NCBI GenBank assembly: GCA_965247045.1
Contig: CBDFGF010000006.1
Span: 144,870 to 208,869 of the forward strand
Direction of reading: 5' to 3'
Length of the DNA: 64,000 nt
Source: Nitrosopumilus sp.
Lineage (GTDB): Archaea > Thermoproteota > Nitrososphaeria > Nitrososphaerales > Nitrosopumilaceae
Of this stretch, positions 20,305 to 31,216 are shown piece after piece; within the stretch, counting starts at the first letter, position 1; every line of letters begins with the position of its first letter. A model generated the notes under the pieces. That model made no database searches, was not told the origin of the DNA, and saw only the letters and a list, made by a program, of their open reading frames with translations. A program made the position numbers and the translations under genes.

Positions 20305-20769
20305 TTGATTTCTGAAGGAGAACCTGTTCCGAAATTTGAGATAAATGATGCTAACGGTAACAAAGTAAAATCTAGTGATTTTAAGGGCAAAAAACATGCT
20401 ATCTACTTCTACCCAAAAGATTTCACTCCAGGATGTACCATAGAAGCTGATGAATTTTCAAAAGACTATAAAAAATTCCAGAAAGAAGGAATTGAAATTA
20501 TAGGCATTAGTCCAGATGATGTTGACTCGCACAAAAAATTTTGTGAGAAGATGCGAATCAAATACCCACTTTTAGCAGACGTAGACAAGAAGGTCTCAAA
20601 GATGTTTGGTGTTTGGGGCAAGAAGAAATTCATGGGTAGAGAATACATGGGAGTTATGAGAAGTACATTTCTTGTAGATAAGAAAGGAAAGATTTTCAAA
20701 ATTTATCCCAAGGTAAAGGCTGCAGGACATTCAAAAGATGTTCTAGAGGATTTCCTAAATTCAAATTAA
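20305..20769 (+). CDS. bcp: BCP-type peroxiredoxin
   Basis: YFYPKDFTPGCTIEA, GISPD, RSTFLVD. Confidence 0.93.
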   Translation: MISEGEPVPKFEINDANGNKVKSSDFKGKKHAIYFYPKDFTPGCTIEADEFSKDYKKFQKEGIEIIGISPDDVDSHKKFCEKMRIKYPLLADVDKKVSKMFGVWGKKKFMGREYMGVMRSTFLVDKKGKIFKIYPKVKAAGHSKDVLEDFLNSN

Positions 20770-20796
20770 AAATAAGGAAAAGTTGGGAGTAAAGGA

Positions 20797-21654
20797 TTAG
20801 AAACCTTTTGGCAATGAACCCTTTGTAGATTGAGAACCGCTTGGTTGAGATTCTGCTTGACGCTTTGCTTTTAGCTCTGCAGCCGCTCTCATTAATTCTT
20901 CTTGCTCTCTTTGCTCATTTGCTAATCTTTTCATGTACTCTGCTTCATACTCTTCTAATGATTGTTTTTTTGAGCTTCCTGTATTGCTGCTGGAGCTAGA
21001 TTGTTGTGGAGGAGGTGCTTGTTGTGTTACCTCAGCTGGTTTTGGGGGTTCTGGTGCTTGTGTTTTTATCTCAATGCCTTCAACACTCATACTTACACCA
21101 CTAAAACTTCCAAATGTTTTACCTGGTGGACTGTATGCTAATCTTTGTCTTGTTGCAAAGTATTGGTTTGATGGTTGTGTGTAACCAGTAACCTTTGCTT
21201 TTTGGTCGTTCCAGTTTAATGTTGGAACTGTTCCCACAGGAGCATGTAGTCTCGTAAAGTATCTGTTTGCAGCTGGAGCATAACCTGTAACCTTTGTTCT
21301 GTAATCATGGAAAGAAGTCATTTCGGCATTGTAATATGCATCTTCTAATGCTGCTTGGAATGTTATGGGAGGTTGTGTTGTTGTTTCAGCGGGTTTAGGA
21401 GCTTCTGGTTTAGGAGCTTCTGCTGGTTTTGTCTCAGCGGGTTTTGGAGCTTCTGGTTTAGTGGCTTCTGCTGGTTTTGTTTCAGCGGGTTTAGGAGCTT
21501 CTGGTTTAGGAGCTTCTGCTGGTTTTGTCTCAGCGGGTTTTGGAACTTCTGGTTTAGTTTCTAGCTTAGCAGAAAGTTGATTTAACTTTGCTTCTAATTC
21601 GGCAATTTTAGATTCTAGAGCTTTTTTTGTGCTTGCTTTACGTTTTGTTGCCAT
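20797..21654 (-). CDS. Low-complexity Pro/Ala/Glu/Lys repeat protein
   Basis: Coiled-coil N-terminus, PKPAETKPAEA repeats, KVTGY..NxYF duplicated motif. Confidence 0.8.
   Translation of the reverse strand: MATKRKASTKKALESKIAELEAKLNQLSAKLETKPEVPKPAETKPAEAPKPEAPKPAETKPAEATKPEAPKPAETKPAEAPKPEAPKPAETTTQPPITFQAALEDAYYNAEMTSFHDYRTKVTGYAPAANRYFTRLHAPVGTVPTLNWNDQKAKVTGYTQPSNQYFATRQRLAYSPPGKTFGSFSGVSMSVEGIEIKTQAPEPPKPAEVTQQAPPPQQSSSSSNTGSSKKQSLEEYEAEYMKRLANEQREQEELMRAAAELKAKRQAESQPSGSQSTKGSLPKGF
21383..21557. repeat. 48-bp coding tandem repeat, ~3.6 copies
   Basis: Units start at 21383, 21431, 21479, 21527. Confidence 0.9.
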
Positions 21655-21792
21655 TCATTAGTGTAAATATTGCACTGTTTATTTACATTTTGATCAATCC
21701 TAGATTTGGGTTTAAATTAATTCACAAAAATCCGCAATAATTTGTTAAATTTTCGTCAGATCAAATACAGATTTTGAAAATGATCTAAAAAA

Positions 21793-21984
21793 TCAATCAG
21801 GTTCCCAAAACTGCATTACGTACATGCAATTGTTACATCGCCATAGTTTGATATGTATGCCATTATCAGTATCAGCAACATATTTCCCGTCGTCCATCTG
21901 AGTGACTTTTGGAAGATAACTCAATTCAGAATTTTCAAGCCATTCGTTTTGTTGACAATTAGGGCAGTTAATTCTAGGGGGCAT
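21793..21984 (-). CDS. Small zinc-ribbon protein
   Basis: CPNC...CNNC. Confidence 0.75.
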   Translation of the reverse strand: MPPRINCPNCQQNEWLENSELSYLPKVTQMDDGKYVADTDNGIHIKLWRCNNCMYVMQFWEPD

Positions 21985-22118
21985 ATACAGTGTAGAAAAT
22001 GATCAAAGAAGAATATTACTATTAAAAATAGAAAATAAAGGATATTCTTGAATTAGATAGGTTGATTACTACAAACCAAATTTGATCAAGTTTTATATGC
22101 ACAGATGAGATAATAGTT

Positions 22119-22496
22119 TTGATGGACGACTTTGAAAAGGAATATCCGGAATTTGACTGGAAGAATACACCAGCATACAAACATCCTGGCGGTAGAAATT
22201 GTCCATGTCCAAAGCATGAATACATTAGAGAGCAGATCCGTTTTACAAAACAAGTAAATGTTAAAGGCAAAGAACCAACCAAAATTACACTCAAGTTCTG
22301 TCCTGATCACTATAGAGTATACATGGAAGAAGTAATCCCTGCGATGCCACTAAAATACAAAATTCTAACAAAGATTGCTCTAAAACTTGGAGCAATTCAA
22401 GTTGAACAATTAAAGTATATGGAATCAGAATTGTGTTTTTACTGTAAGTTTGGTTCTGGCGGTCATGATAAAAAGACTGAACTTCCACCAGTGTAG
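22119..22496 (+). CDS. Hypothetical Cys/His-containing protein
   Basis: CPCPKH, FCPDH, CFYC. Confidence 0.7.
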   Translation: MMDDFEKEYPEFDWKNTPAYKHPGGRNCPCPKHEYIREQIRFTKQVNVKGKEPTKITLKFCPDHYRVYMEEVIPAMPLKYKILTKIALKLGAIQVEQLKYMESELCFYCKFGSGGHDKKTELPPV

Positions 22497-22497
22497 A

Positions 22498-22728
22498 TTA
22501 CTCAGGGCTTAGTAAAATTTTTGGTTTGTTTGGAGTATCATGATGACATCTCTTTCCGCATAGAGGACATTTTTTTCTGTCAAGAAAAATGCATTGACAG
22601 ATATGAGAATCAAGATATGACTTGGCAGATGGGTTTGGCTCACCTGTTCCATTACAAAATGGACATTGGGAACCAAGTAATTTTATGGTTCCATTTCCCT
22701 TACAAACTACACATTTGTCGTCACTCAA
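22498..22728 (-). CDS. Small DnaJ-type zinc-finger protein
   Basis: CVVCKGNG, CPFCNGTG plus further Cys clusters. Confidence 0.75.
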   Translation of the reverse strand: MSDDKCVVCKGNGTIKLLGSQCPFCNGTGEPNPSAKSYLDSHICQCIFLDRKKCPLCGKRCHHDTPNKPKILLSPE

Positions 22729-22841
22729 TACTGTTTTTCCTATGAATGAGAATTAAAATACATTTGTTAAAAGAATTTTAAGAATACTCGCTTTAATGTA
22801 AATCCAGTTAAGCTTATACTTGAACTAACTTCATAGTTATC

Positions 22842-24284
22842 GTGCCAATAGAAGACACTCATGAATTTATTACAGAACTTGAAAAGAATGGAGAGTTAAA
22901 GCGAGTCAAAACTGAAGTTGACTCTAATTTAGAAATTGCAGAAATATTGAGAAGAGAGATGTACTCTAATGGTTCTGCAATTCTTTTTGAAAATGTAAAA
23001 GGATACGACATTCCAGTTTTAGGAAATGCATTTGGGTCCATGAAAAGATTAGAGATAGGACTTGGGATGACAGACTTTACTGAAATTGGTCAACGTATTG
23101 CAGATATAACTAAGATGGATATTCCATCAGGTTTTCTAAACAAAATTAAAAAACTTCCAGAACTCTCAAAGATGGCATCATCATTTCCTAAAACAGAAAC
23201 AAACGGACCAGTAACTGAAATAACATCAAATGATGCATCTTTTGACGATTTCCCAATTCTAAAATCATGGCCAAATGATGCCGGTCGATTCATTACTCTG
23301 GGATTAGTTGCTACAAAACATCCAGAAACAGGAGTAAGAAATCTTGGAGTTTACAGAATGCAAGTAATTGATAAAACTCATGCATTGATGCACTGGCAGA
23401 AACACAAGAGAGGGGCTCATCATGGAGATATTTCAAAAGATAGAGGAGAAAAAATCCCAACTGCAGTAATTATTGGAGGAGAACCCGCAACAATATTTTC
23501 ATCAATCGCGCCAGTACCAGAAGGACTAGACAAGTACTTGTTTGCAGGAATTACAAGAAAAGAAGGAATCAAAACTGTAAAATGCAAAACAATTGATTTG
23601 GATGTTCCTGCAAATGCTGAGATTGTTTTAGAAGGATATGTTGATCCAGAAGATATTAGAGATGAAGGACCATTTGGAGATCATACAGGTTACTACACGC
23701 CAGCTGAACCATTTCCAACATTTACATTAACAGGAATCATGAGAAGAAAAGATCCGATCTATGTTACAACGGTGGTAGGAAAGCCAATTCTTGAGGATGC
23801 ATATATTGGAAAAGTTATTGAACGATCATTTTTGCCATTAATCCAAATGCTCCAGCCAGAAGTAGTAGACTATAGCATGCCAGCAGCAGGATGGTTCCAA
23901 GGATTAGCAATCATCTCAATCAAAAAGAGATACCCAGGTCAAGCAAAGAAAGTGATGATGGGGTTATGGGGAATGGGACAACTCTCACTAACAAAGATGT
24001 TTGTTGTAGTAGATGATGACATCAACGTACATGACATGAATGATGTCATTTGGGCAATTACTACAAGAACAGATGCAGTAAGAGATACAATAATTATCAA
24101 TAATACACCAACTGATACTCTTGATCCTGCATCGCCACTTGTCAACCTAGGTTCCAAGATGGGAATTGATGCAACTCAAAAAACAAGAGAAGAGGGATAC
24201 GAAAGAGAAATTCAACAATTAGTAAAAGTTGACGATGAAACAAAAAATCTAGTTGATTCTAAGTGGTCTGATTATGGACTATGA
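22842..24284 (+). CDS. ubiD: UbiD-family (menaquinone biosynthesis) decarboxylase
   Basis: RNLGVYRMQ, EGPFGDHTGYY, KMFVVVDDD, LDPAS, KMGIDAT. Confidence 0.92.
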   Translation: MPIEDTHEFITELEKNGELKRVKTEVDSNLEIAEILRREMYSNGSAILFENVKGYDIPVLGNAFGSMKRLEIGLGMTDFTEIGQRIADITKMDIPSGFLNKIKKLPELSKMASSFPKTETNGPVTEITSNDASFDDFPILKSWPNDAGRFITLGLVATKHPETGVRNLGVYRMQVIDKTHALMHWQKHKRGAHHGDISKDRGEKIPTAVIIGGEPATIFSSIAPVPEGLDKYLFAGITRKEGIKTVKCKTIDLDVPANAEIVLEGYVDPEDIRDEGPFGDHTGYYTPAEPFPTFTLTGIMRRKDPIYVTTVVGKPILEDAYIGKVIERSFLPLIQMLQPEVVDYSMPAAGWFQGLAIISIKKRYPGQAKKVMMGLWGMGQLSLTKMFVVVDDDINVHDMNDVIWAITTRTDAVRDTIIINNTPTDTLDPASPLVNLGSKMGIDATQKTREEGYEREIQQLVKVDDETKNLVDSKWSDYGL

Positions 24285-25397
24285 TACAGAAACAGGATTG
24301 TAAAAATTATCTCTCTCTTCTACCTGATAACCAATCTGATGAATGGCATCAATGATTATTTTATCTGTTAGTTCAGTTGAACGAGCACCGGTACATGAAA
24401 CAACTTCTTCACCAATTAGTGTGCCACCAAAGTCATCAGCGCCATATTGTAAAGCAAGTTGAGCCATGCCAACTCCATTTGTCAACCAAGAAGATTGAAT
24501 GTGAGGAATTATGCCATCAAGAACTAATCTAGAGATTGCAATCATCTTCAAAAGTTGTACTCCGCCAGTTCCATATTCAACCAAACCTTCTTCATGCATC
24601 AAAGTATTGTTTGGTTCAAAATTCCATGGGATGAAGGCCATGAAGCCTTTTGTTTTTTCTTGAAGTTTCACAATTTTGAAAAAGTGTTCAACAATATCAT
24701 TTTTATTTTCTACGTGACCATACATCATAGTTGCAGAAGCTGGGAGTCCAAGTGAATGTGCTTCATCCATTATTCTAATCCAATCAGCACTAGAAATTTT
24801 CTTAGGACTAATAACATCTTTAACTGAATCAACTAAAATTTCAGCTCCTGCACCAGGTATGGATTGTAAACCAGCATCTTTTAGTCTTGCCAAGATTTCT
24901 TTTGTGGATGATTTTTCAACTTTTGCAATCATATCAATTTCAGAGGTAGATAATCCATGAACTCCGACTTGTGGAAATTTTTCTCGAATCATTCTGAATG
25001 CGTCTTCATAATACTCTATTGTCAAGTTTGGATTGTGTCCACCTTGAATCAAAACTTGACGGATCTTAAACATATCCCATGCAGCCTTTACTCTAGATTC
25101 AATTTGATCAAGTGTTAATGTGTAAGAATCTTCAGCGCCAGGAGATCTATAAAATGCACAAAATTTGCAATCAGTGATACAGACATTGGTATAATTCAAA
25201 ATAATGTTATTTACAAAAGATACTTTTTTGCCAAATTGTTTTCTTGTTAAATACCCAGAAACAAGTCCCATAAGATAAACATCATCGGACTCTAAGAGTC
25301 TCAAGCAATCTTCAGGTTCAGGTCTTTTACCGTTAAGAGAGTTTTCTAAAATATCTTTGATATCGCTTTTTTGTATCTGTTCAGTAGTTTGGCTCAA
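24279..25397 (-). CDS. mqnC: Radical SAM CofH/MqnC family, probably cyclic dehypoxanthine futalosine synthase
   Basis: NYTNVCITDCKFCAF, QGGHNP, PGAGAEIL, ATMMYGH, HIQSSW; next to ubiD. Confidence 0.75.
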   Translation of the reverse strand: MSQTTEQIQKSDIKDILENSLNGKRPEPEDCLRLLESDDVYLMGLVSGYLTRKQFGKKVSFVNNIILNYTNVCITDCKFCAFYRSPGAEDSYTLTLDQIESRVKAAWDMFKIRQVLIQGGHNPNLTIEYYEDAFRMIREKFPQVGVHGLSTSEIDMIAKVEKSSTKEILARLKDAGLQSIPGAGAEILVDSVKDVISPKKISSADWIRIMDEAHSLGLPASATMMYGHVENKNDIVEHFFKIVKLQEKTKGFMAFIPWNFEPNNTLMHEEGLVEYGTGGVQLLKMIAISRLVLDGIIPHIQSSWLTNGVGMAQLALQYGADDFGGTLIGEEVVSCTGARSTELTDKIIIDAIHQIGYQVEERDNFYNPVSVS

Positions 25398-25554
25398 TTG
25401 TCATTCATCTTTTTTAGTTTCTATTTAATCCTTGATAGAAAAAATGAACAAAAAAAGAATTAAACTAAATAAATGATTTGGACTCAATCCTAGATGAACC
25501 TAAGTTCGATGATTCACGTTATTTTTAAGTAGGGTACAAAAGGGAGATCAACAC

Positions 25555-26337
25555 ATGGTATCTGCTAATCAGATTAGACTTAATCGAATTCTTAGAGAAG
25601 GAAAAATGCTTTGTATTCCAATGGATCATGGTATTTCAAATGGTCCTATTGAGGGTCTTGAAGACCCCGCTTCTACAATTTACAAATGTGAGGGACATGG
25701 TCTCACAAGTGTAATTATCAACAAAGGAATTCTTAAAACATTACCTAGACCAACTAGCGTTGGTATTTTAGTTCATTTTTCAAGTAGTACTTCATTATCA
25801 CTATCACCTAATCGCAAGATGTTGACTGGTACAGTAAAAGAAGCTGTAGCATTGGGTGCAGACGGTGTTTCATTACACATCAATATTGGTGGAAAAGAAG
25901 AGCCGGAAATGTTAGAACAACTTGGAAAAACCGCTGAACAATGTCATAGATGGGGAATGCCGTTATTGGCAATGATGTATCCAAGAGGTGAAAATATCAA
26001 GGACCCACATGATCCTGAAATTGTTGGACATGTTGCAAGAATGGGAGCAGAGTGTGGTGCAGATATTGTTAAAACAGTATACACTGGTGATATAGATTCT
26101 TTTGCAAAAATCGTAAAGAGTACACCAGTCCCAATTGTTATTGCAGGCGGTCCTAAGGCAAAAACTGATTTAGATATTCTTCAAATGACTGAAGATGTTA
26201 TGGCTGCAGGAGCTAAAGGCATTACATATGGTAGAAACATCTTTGCACACAAAACACCTGAAAAAATGGTAGAAGCATTAGCTCAAATAATTTTCAGGAA
26301 AGGAACAGCAAAGGAAGCATTGAAGAAAATTGAGTAA
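25555..26337 (+). CDS. aroA': 2-amino-3,7-dideoxy-D-threo-hept-6-ulosonate synthase
   Basis: IPMDHG, MMYPRG, GADIVKT, AGGPK, GRNIF; first gene of the aro operon. Confidence 0.9.
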   Translation: MVSANQIRLNRILREGKMLCIPMDHGISNGPIEGLEDPASTIYKCEGHGLTSVIINKGILKTLPRPTSVGILVHFSSSTSLSLSPNRKMLTGTVKEAVALGADGVSLHINIGGKEEPEMLEQLGKTAEQCHRWGMPLLAMMYPRGENIKDPHDPEIVGHVARMGAECGADIVKTVYTGDIDSFAKIVKSTPVPIVIAGGPKAKTDLDILQMTEDVMAAGAKGITYGRNIFAHKTPEKMVEALAQIIFRKGTAKEALKKIE

Positions 26338-27391
26338 AACAAGAGAATTAATAATTACACCTAAAGTGTCTCAGGCACAATTAACCAAATTCCTTCATCA
26401 ATTAGAAGCTGAAGGAATCATGATGGTGTATCTTGACCCCAAAAAACTGGGTAAGAAAAAAACAAAACTACAAACAGTTTTTCCTTCAAACGCTGCAAAG
26501 TATGTAGTCCTTGAAAAAGAAGGAATATCTAAGCCTAAAGGCAAGAAAGTGGGAAGGAAATTTAAAGTATTATCAAATTCAGATATTGAAAATATTCTTT
26601 CTGCTGCAAAGAAAGGACTAGACTTTGTTATAATAGAAGTAAAAGATTGGAAAATTATTCCTCTTGAAAATATTATTGCCAAACTTCATAAAGTACATAC
26701 CAAAATTTTTGCAATTGCAAGAACACCAAAAGAAGTAAGAAAAATGTTTTCGATTTTAGAGGTGGGAGTTGATGGAGTGATTTTCAGCACATCATCAATT
26801 AACCAAGTAAAAGAGGCAAGGGTATACCTAGGAACCAGTAGTTTTGAGATGAATCCTGCAAAGATTATTGAGATAAAAGAAGTTGGGGATGGTGAACGGG
26901 TTTGTGTAGATACAGCTTCAATGCTTCACAAAGGAGAAGGAATGCTAATTGGTAATAGATCTAACTTTTTGTTTCTAGTTCACAACGAATCAGTAGGATC
27001 ATCATTTACATCTCCAAGACCATTTAGAGTAAATGCGGGTGCTGTTCATTGTTATACTCTTGCACCAGATGGCACAACTAACTATCTTTCTGAAGTCGAA
27101 ACAGGCTCTGAAGTGTTAATTCTTAATTCTAAAGGAAAGGCAAGAAGAGCAACTGTTGGAAGATCAAAGATTGAACGAAGACCAATGTTAATGATCAAAG
27201 CATCTATGAAAGGAGAAATAGGTGGAATTATTGCACAAGATGCCGAAACAATTCGTTTTGTAAAACCTAATGGACAACTAGTATCAGTTACACATCTAAA
27301 GAAAGGTGATACAGTTATGGTTCATGCAAAACCTGCAATTGGTAGACACTTTGGAATGGAAGTTTCAGGCGAATACATATTAGAAAAATAA
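26330..27391 (+). CDS. aroB': 3-dehydroquinate synthase II
   Basis: WKIIPLEN, RVCVDT, RPFRVNAGAVH, GRHFG. Confidence 0.95.
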   Translation: MSKTRELIITPKVSQAQLTKFLHQLEAEGIMMVYLDPKKLGKKKTKLQTVFPSNAAKYVVLEKEGISKPKGKKVGRKFKVLSNSDIENILSAAKKGLDFVIIEVKDWKIIPLENIIAKLHKVHTKIFAIARTPKEVRKMFSILEVGVDGVIFSTSSINQVKEARVYLGTSSFEMNPAKIIEIKEVGDGERVCVDTASMLHKGEGMLIGNRSNFLFLVHNESVGSSFTSPRPFRVNAGAVHCYTLAPDGTTNYLSEVETGSEVLILNSKGKARRATVGRSKIERRPMLMIKASMKGEIGGIIAQDAETIRFVKPNGQLVSVTHLKKGDTVMVHAKPAIGRHFGMEVSGEYILEK

Positions 27392-27392
27392 A

Positions 27393-28064
27393 ATGAAATA
27401 CAAAACTTGCGTATCTGTTGCAGAAAAAACACCATACAAAATAAAACAGATATTGAAAATTGCACTAAAAAAATCAGATTATGCAGAAGTCAGATTTGAT
27501 TTTTTAAAGATTGAACAAATCCCGGAGGCATTAGAATCAATTAAAAAAGATCTAAACAAAATTGTATGTACACTAAGACCAAAAATAGAAGGTGGAAAAT
27601 TTCCAGGAAATGAAAAAGAACGAATTGCTATTCTAAAACTAATTGCTGAATACAACCCTTTCTTATTAGATGTAGAATTTAACACGTTAAAGAGAAATTC
27701 ATCATTAGTAAGATATCTAAAATCGACGAAGACAAAATTGCTTGTATCATGGCATGACTTTAAGAAAACTCCAAGTTCTGCAAAACTAAAAAAGAAAATG
27801 AATCAAATGGCCAAGTTCTCATTTAATGTAAAAATTGTAAGTACTGCAAAATCAACTGATGACTCTAATAGAATGCTTGAGTTATACAGTAAAAAAGGAA
27901 GGAATAATCTGATATCATTTGCAATGGGGGATTTGGGCAGAATTTCAAGAATTTTGTGCCTGTATTTGGGTAGTCCATACACATATGTCTCATTAGGAAA
28001 GCCAGTTGCGCCAGGCCAATTCAGTGTTACTGAAGTAAAGAAAATTACAAATCTAAAAAAATAA
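27393..28064 (+). CDS. aroD: Type I 3-dehydroquinate dehydratase
   Basis: EVRFD, TLR..EGG, SWHDF, MG..GRISR, APGQ. Confidence 0.93.
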   Translation: MKYKTCVSVAEKTPYKIKQILKIALKKSDYAEVRFDFLKIEQIPEALESIKKDLNKIVCTLRPKIEGGKFPGNEKERIAILKLIAEYNPFLLDVEFNTLKRNSSLVRYLKSTKTKLLVSWHDFKKTPSSAKLKKKMNQMAKFSFNVKIVSTAKSTDDSNRMLELYSKKGRNNLISFAMGDLGRISRILCLYLGSPYTYVSLGKPVAPGQFSVTEVKKITNLKK

Positions 28065-28115
28065 CCAAATTAACAGTTGAGAGTTTAAATCAATCATATT
28101 ACTCAGAAAAATAAG

Positions 28116-28937
28116 ATGGGAAAAACATTTGCAGTAATTGGAGACCCAATTGATCATTCGTTATCTCCAAATATTCATAGTGCAGTATTTAGAGAATTGA
28201 ATTTAGATTGTTCATACATTGCTTATAGAATTCCTAAAGGGAAATTAGAAGAAGGGGTTGAAGGATTGAAAAAAATCAAGGTTGACGGATTCAATGTTAC
28301 TATCCCTCACAAAGTTGAGATGATGAAGTATCTTGATAAAATTGATGAATCGTGTAGTCTAATTGGTGCAGTTAATACTGTTACATACAAAGATGGCATA
28401 CTTAAAGGATATAATACTGATATGGATGGATTTCTAGAACCTTTTAAGAAAAAGGAATTGAATATTGAAAATACCAAAGTACTTCTTCTTGGAGCAGGAG
28501 GAGCTGCAAGAGCAATAGTTACAGGATTTGCAAAAGAGAAAGTAAATAGTATAACCATTGCAAACAGAACACTAGAAAATGCCAATAATCTTTCAGAGTT
28601 TGCAAAAAAAATAGGATTGGATGCTAATGTAATTAAAATTAAAGATGCTAGTGATTTGGTAAAAGATTATGACATTATTGTTAATGCTACATCAGTTGGT
28701 CTAAAGAATGAGCCAAGCCCAATTTCCTTAGAAGGCATCAATGAAAAAACAACAGTGTATGATATTGTATACATGCCAATAAATACAGATTTCATCAAAA
28801 AAGCAAAAGAAAAGGGAGCAATTATTATTTTTGGATATGAGATGCTCCTAGGCCAAGCAGCGAGATCCTTTGAGATTTGGCATGGCGTGAAAGCACCTTA
28901 CAATGCAATGAAAAAAGCATTGTTGGGAGGATTTTGA
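28116..28937 (+). CDS. aroE: Shikimate dehydrogenase
   Basis: HSLSP, NVTIPHK, GAVNT, NTD, GAGGAARA. Confidence 0.95.
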   Translation: MGKTFAVIGDPIDHSLSPNIHSAVFRELNLDCSYIAYRIPKGKLEEGVEGLKKIKVDGFNVTIPHKVEMMKYLDKIDESCSLIGAVNTVTYKDGILKGYNTDMDGFLEPFKKKELNIENTKVLLLGAGGAARAIVTGFAKEKVNSITIANRTLENANNLSEFAKKIGLDANVIKIKDASDLVKDYDIIVNATSVGLKNEPSPISLEGINEKTTVYDIVYMPINTDFIKKAKEKGAIIIFGYEMLLGQAARSFEIWHGVKAPYNAMKKALLGGF

Positions 28938-29790
28938 TGGCAAAAGCAAAGGCTACAGTACATGGAGCAATTTCTCTCGTAAATGCGATTGCAGTCAAAA
29001 AAGGTGCAACTTTAGGAATTGCGTTAAAAGTAGAGGCAACAGTTGAGGCTAGTTCTGGGAAGGGAATTATAATCCAATCTAAAAATAAAAGCCTTAGTTC
29101 TCGCTTAATCAATAAGACTGTTGAAAAAATTGTTTCAAAGAAAGATTTGGAACAAAATAAAATTATAATTACACTTGATTCGGAAATTCCAACTGGGTTT
29201 GGACTCAAAAGTTCAAGTGCCATTTCATCTGCAGTGGCACTAGCATGCGCAAAGATATTCAAATCTAAATTTACTGATCAGCAAATTTTACTTGCAGGAG
29301 TTGATGCATCAATTGAATCCAAGGTAAGTATCACAGGGGCATTTGATGATGCATGTTCATGTTACTATGGAGGATTCAATGTTACGGATAATGCAAAGAA
29401 AAAACGAATTCATTTTGAAAAAGGCCCAACCAATTTAGTTGTAGTGATCTTTATTCCCAAAAATAGAAAAAGAGGAAATCTAAAAAATCTTAAACCATTT
29501 TCATCTGTATTTGAAAAAGCATGGGAATTAGCAAGAAAAACAAACTATTGGGAAGCAATGATCATTAATGGGTTAACAACCGCATCAATTCTAAATTCAG
29601 ATCCTGAAATCATTACAAGTTTAATAGAAAAAGGTGCACTTGGAGCATCAGTTTCTGGAAATGGGCCTGCTGTTGCAGCAATAACAAAAAAGAAAATGAA
29701 GTAAACATAAAAAAAGTATTTTCAACATTAGAAGGAAACGTGATTGTTTCAAAAGTTAGTAACAAAAAGGCTGAAGTTCATGAATTGTAA
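28937..29790 (+). CDS. aroK: Archaeal (GHMP) shikimate kinase; apparent 1-nt deletion in the A-run at 29686-29691
   Basis: PTGFGLKSSSA, ITGAFDD, SGNGPA; adding one A extends the frame to ..KKAEVHEL* at 29790. Confidence 0.88.
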
Positions 29791-31048
29791 AGTTGAAAAA
29801 TCAAAGATTTCAGGACAGGTGATTTGTCCTCCAAATAAGAGTTACACACATAGAGCAATTTTTCTTGCATCGCTTGCAGGGAATAACAGTAGAGTGAATA
29901 ATGTCTTGCTCTCAGCAGATACCATTTCAACAATTGAGGCTTGCAAAAAATTTGGAGCAGAGATAGAAATCGAAAATTTATCAATTATTGTCAAAAATCC
30001 GATTAAATTAGATGCAAATGTGCCTGAGATCAATACAGAAAACTCTGGAACAACAATCAGAATTGCTTCAGGCATTGCTAGCCTATTTTCTGAAGAGATC
30101 GTTTTAACAGGAGACTCTAGTCTACAAAAAAGACCTATGCAGCCTCTCTTAGATGCATTATCAAGTATAGGAGCACAGTGTAGTTCAACAGATGGAAAAC
30201 CACCGATCAAAATCAAAGGAAAAATTTTGGGAGGCAATGTAACAATTCCAGGAAATTTTTCAAGTCAATTCATCTCGGCATTATTAATCAGTGCACCACT
30301 AACAGAAAATGGAATTAATCTAACCATAGAAGGGAATTTGGTTTCAAAACCATATCTTGATGCAACAATCGCTACAATGAGAAAGTTTGGAGTGTCTGTC
30401 CAAACATTAATCCCATACAAAAGATACAATATTGTACCACAAATCTACAAAAGTACTACATTTACAGTTCCAATTGATTTTTCAAGTCTTGCATTACTTC
30501 TTTCAGCTGCAGTACTTAATGGAGAACAAATTTCAGTCAAAGGTAGTATTGGAAACTTGCCACAAGGAGATGAAGCTTTCATTGATATTTTAGAACAGTT
30601 GGGAGTAAATGTTACTATCAATAATGAAGAAATTAAAATCAAATCACCTGAAAAATTAAAAGGGGGAAGATTTGATTTAAGTAATTCTCCAGACCTTCTT
30701 CCACCTCTTGCAATATTAGCATTAAATTCATCAAGCCCAATTGAGATAGTAAATGTGAAACATGCAAGATTAAAAGAAACAGACAGAATTGCAATTATAT
30801 CAAGAGAACTTGTAAAACTTGGAATCAAGATTCAAGAAAAAGAAGACGGATTGGTTCTAGAATCATCAGAAAATCTAATTGGGGCAGAATTGAATTCTGA
30901 AAATGATCATAGATTATTTATGGCATTTTGTATCGCTGGAATGTACATAGGGGATTGCACTATAACAGATCCAGAATCAGTCAAAATTTCATATCCAAAT
31001 TTTGTAGAAGAGATAAATAGTTTAGGTGCAAAAATTCAAGTTCAGTAA
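29780..31048 (+). CDS. aroA: EPSP synthase
   Basis: KSYTHRA, NSGTTIR, KRPM, SSQFIS, KETDRI, DHR. Confidence 0.95.
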   Translation: MNCKVEKSKISGQVICPPNKSYTHRAIFLASLAGNNSRVNNVLLSADTISTIEACKKFGAEIEIENLSIIVKNPIKLDANVPEINTENSGTTIRIASGIASLFSEEIVLTGDSSLQKRPMQPLLDALSSIGAQCSSTDGKPPIKIKGKILGGNVTIPGNFSSQFISALLISAPLTENGINLTIEGNLVSKPYLDATIATMRKFGVSVQTLIPYKRYNIVPQIYKSTTFTVPIDFSSLALLLSAAVLNGEQISVKGSIGNLPQGDEAFIDILEQLGVNVTINNEEIKIKSPEKLKGGRFDLSNSPDLLPPLAILALNSSSPIEIVNVKHARLKETDRIAIISRELVKLGIKIQEKEDGLVLESSENLIGAELNSENDHRLFMAFCIAGMYIGDCTITDPESVKISYPNFVEEINSLGAKIQVQ

Positions 31049-31216
31049 AACAATTTTCAAAAAAATTAACTAAAAATGGTAAAAGGTGGGCCTAGTAGTG
31101 GTAAAAATCTGAAAATAAGTGATGTAGAAAACAGTGATTTTTGTGCCTATTTTAGGATGAATGTCCTTGTTACGGGTTCTGGGGCACGATTATAAACATC
31201 ATTTAGCTTTGATATT

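Noticed and set aside
21383-21557. Possible repeat array
   Set aside because: Ordinary coding tandem repeat with synonymous variation
31050-31216. Possible sRNA between aroA and aroC
   Set aside because: No complete C/D boxes or convincing structure
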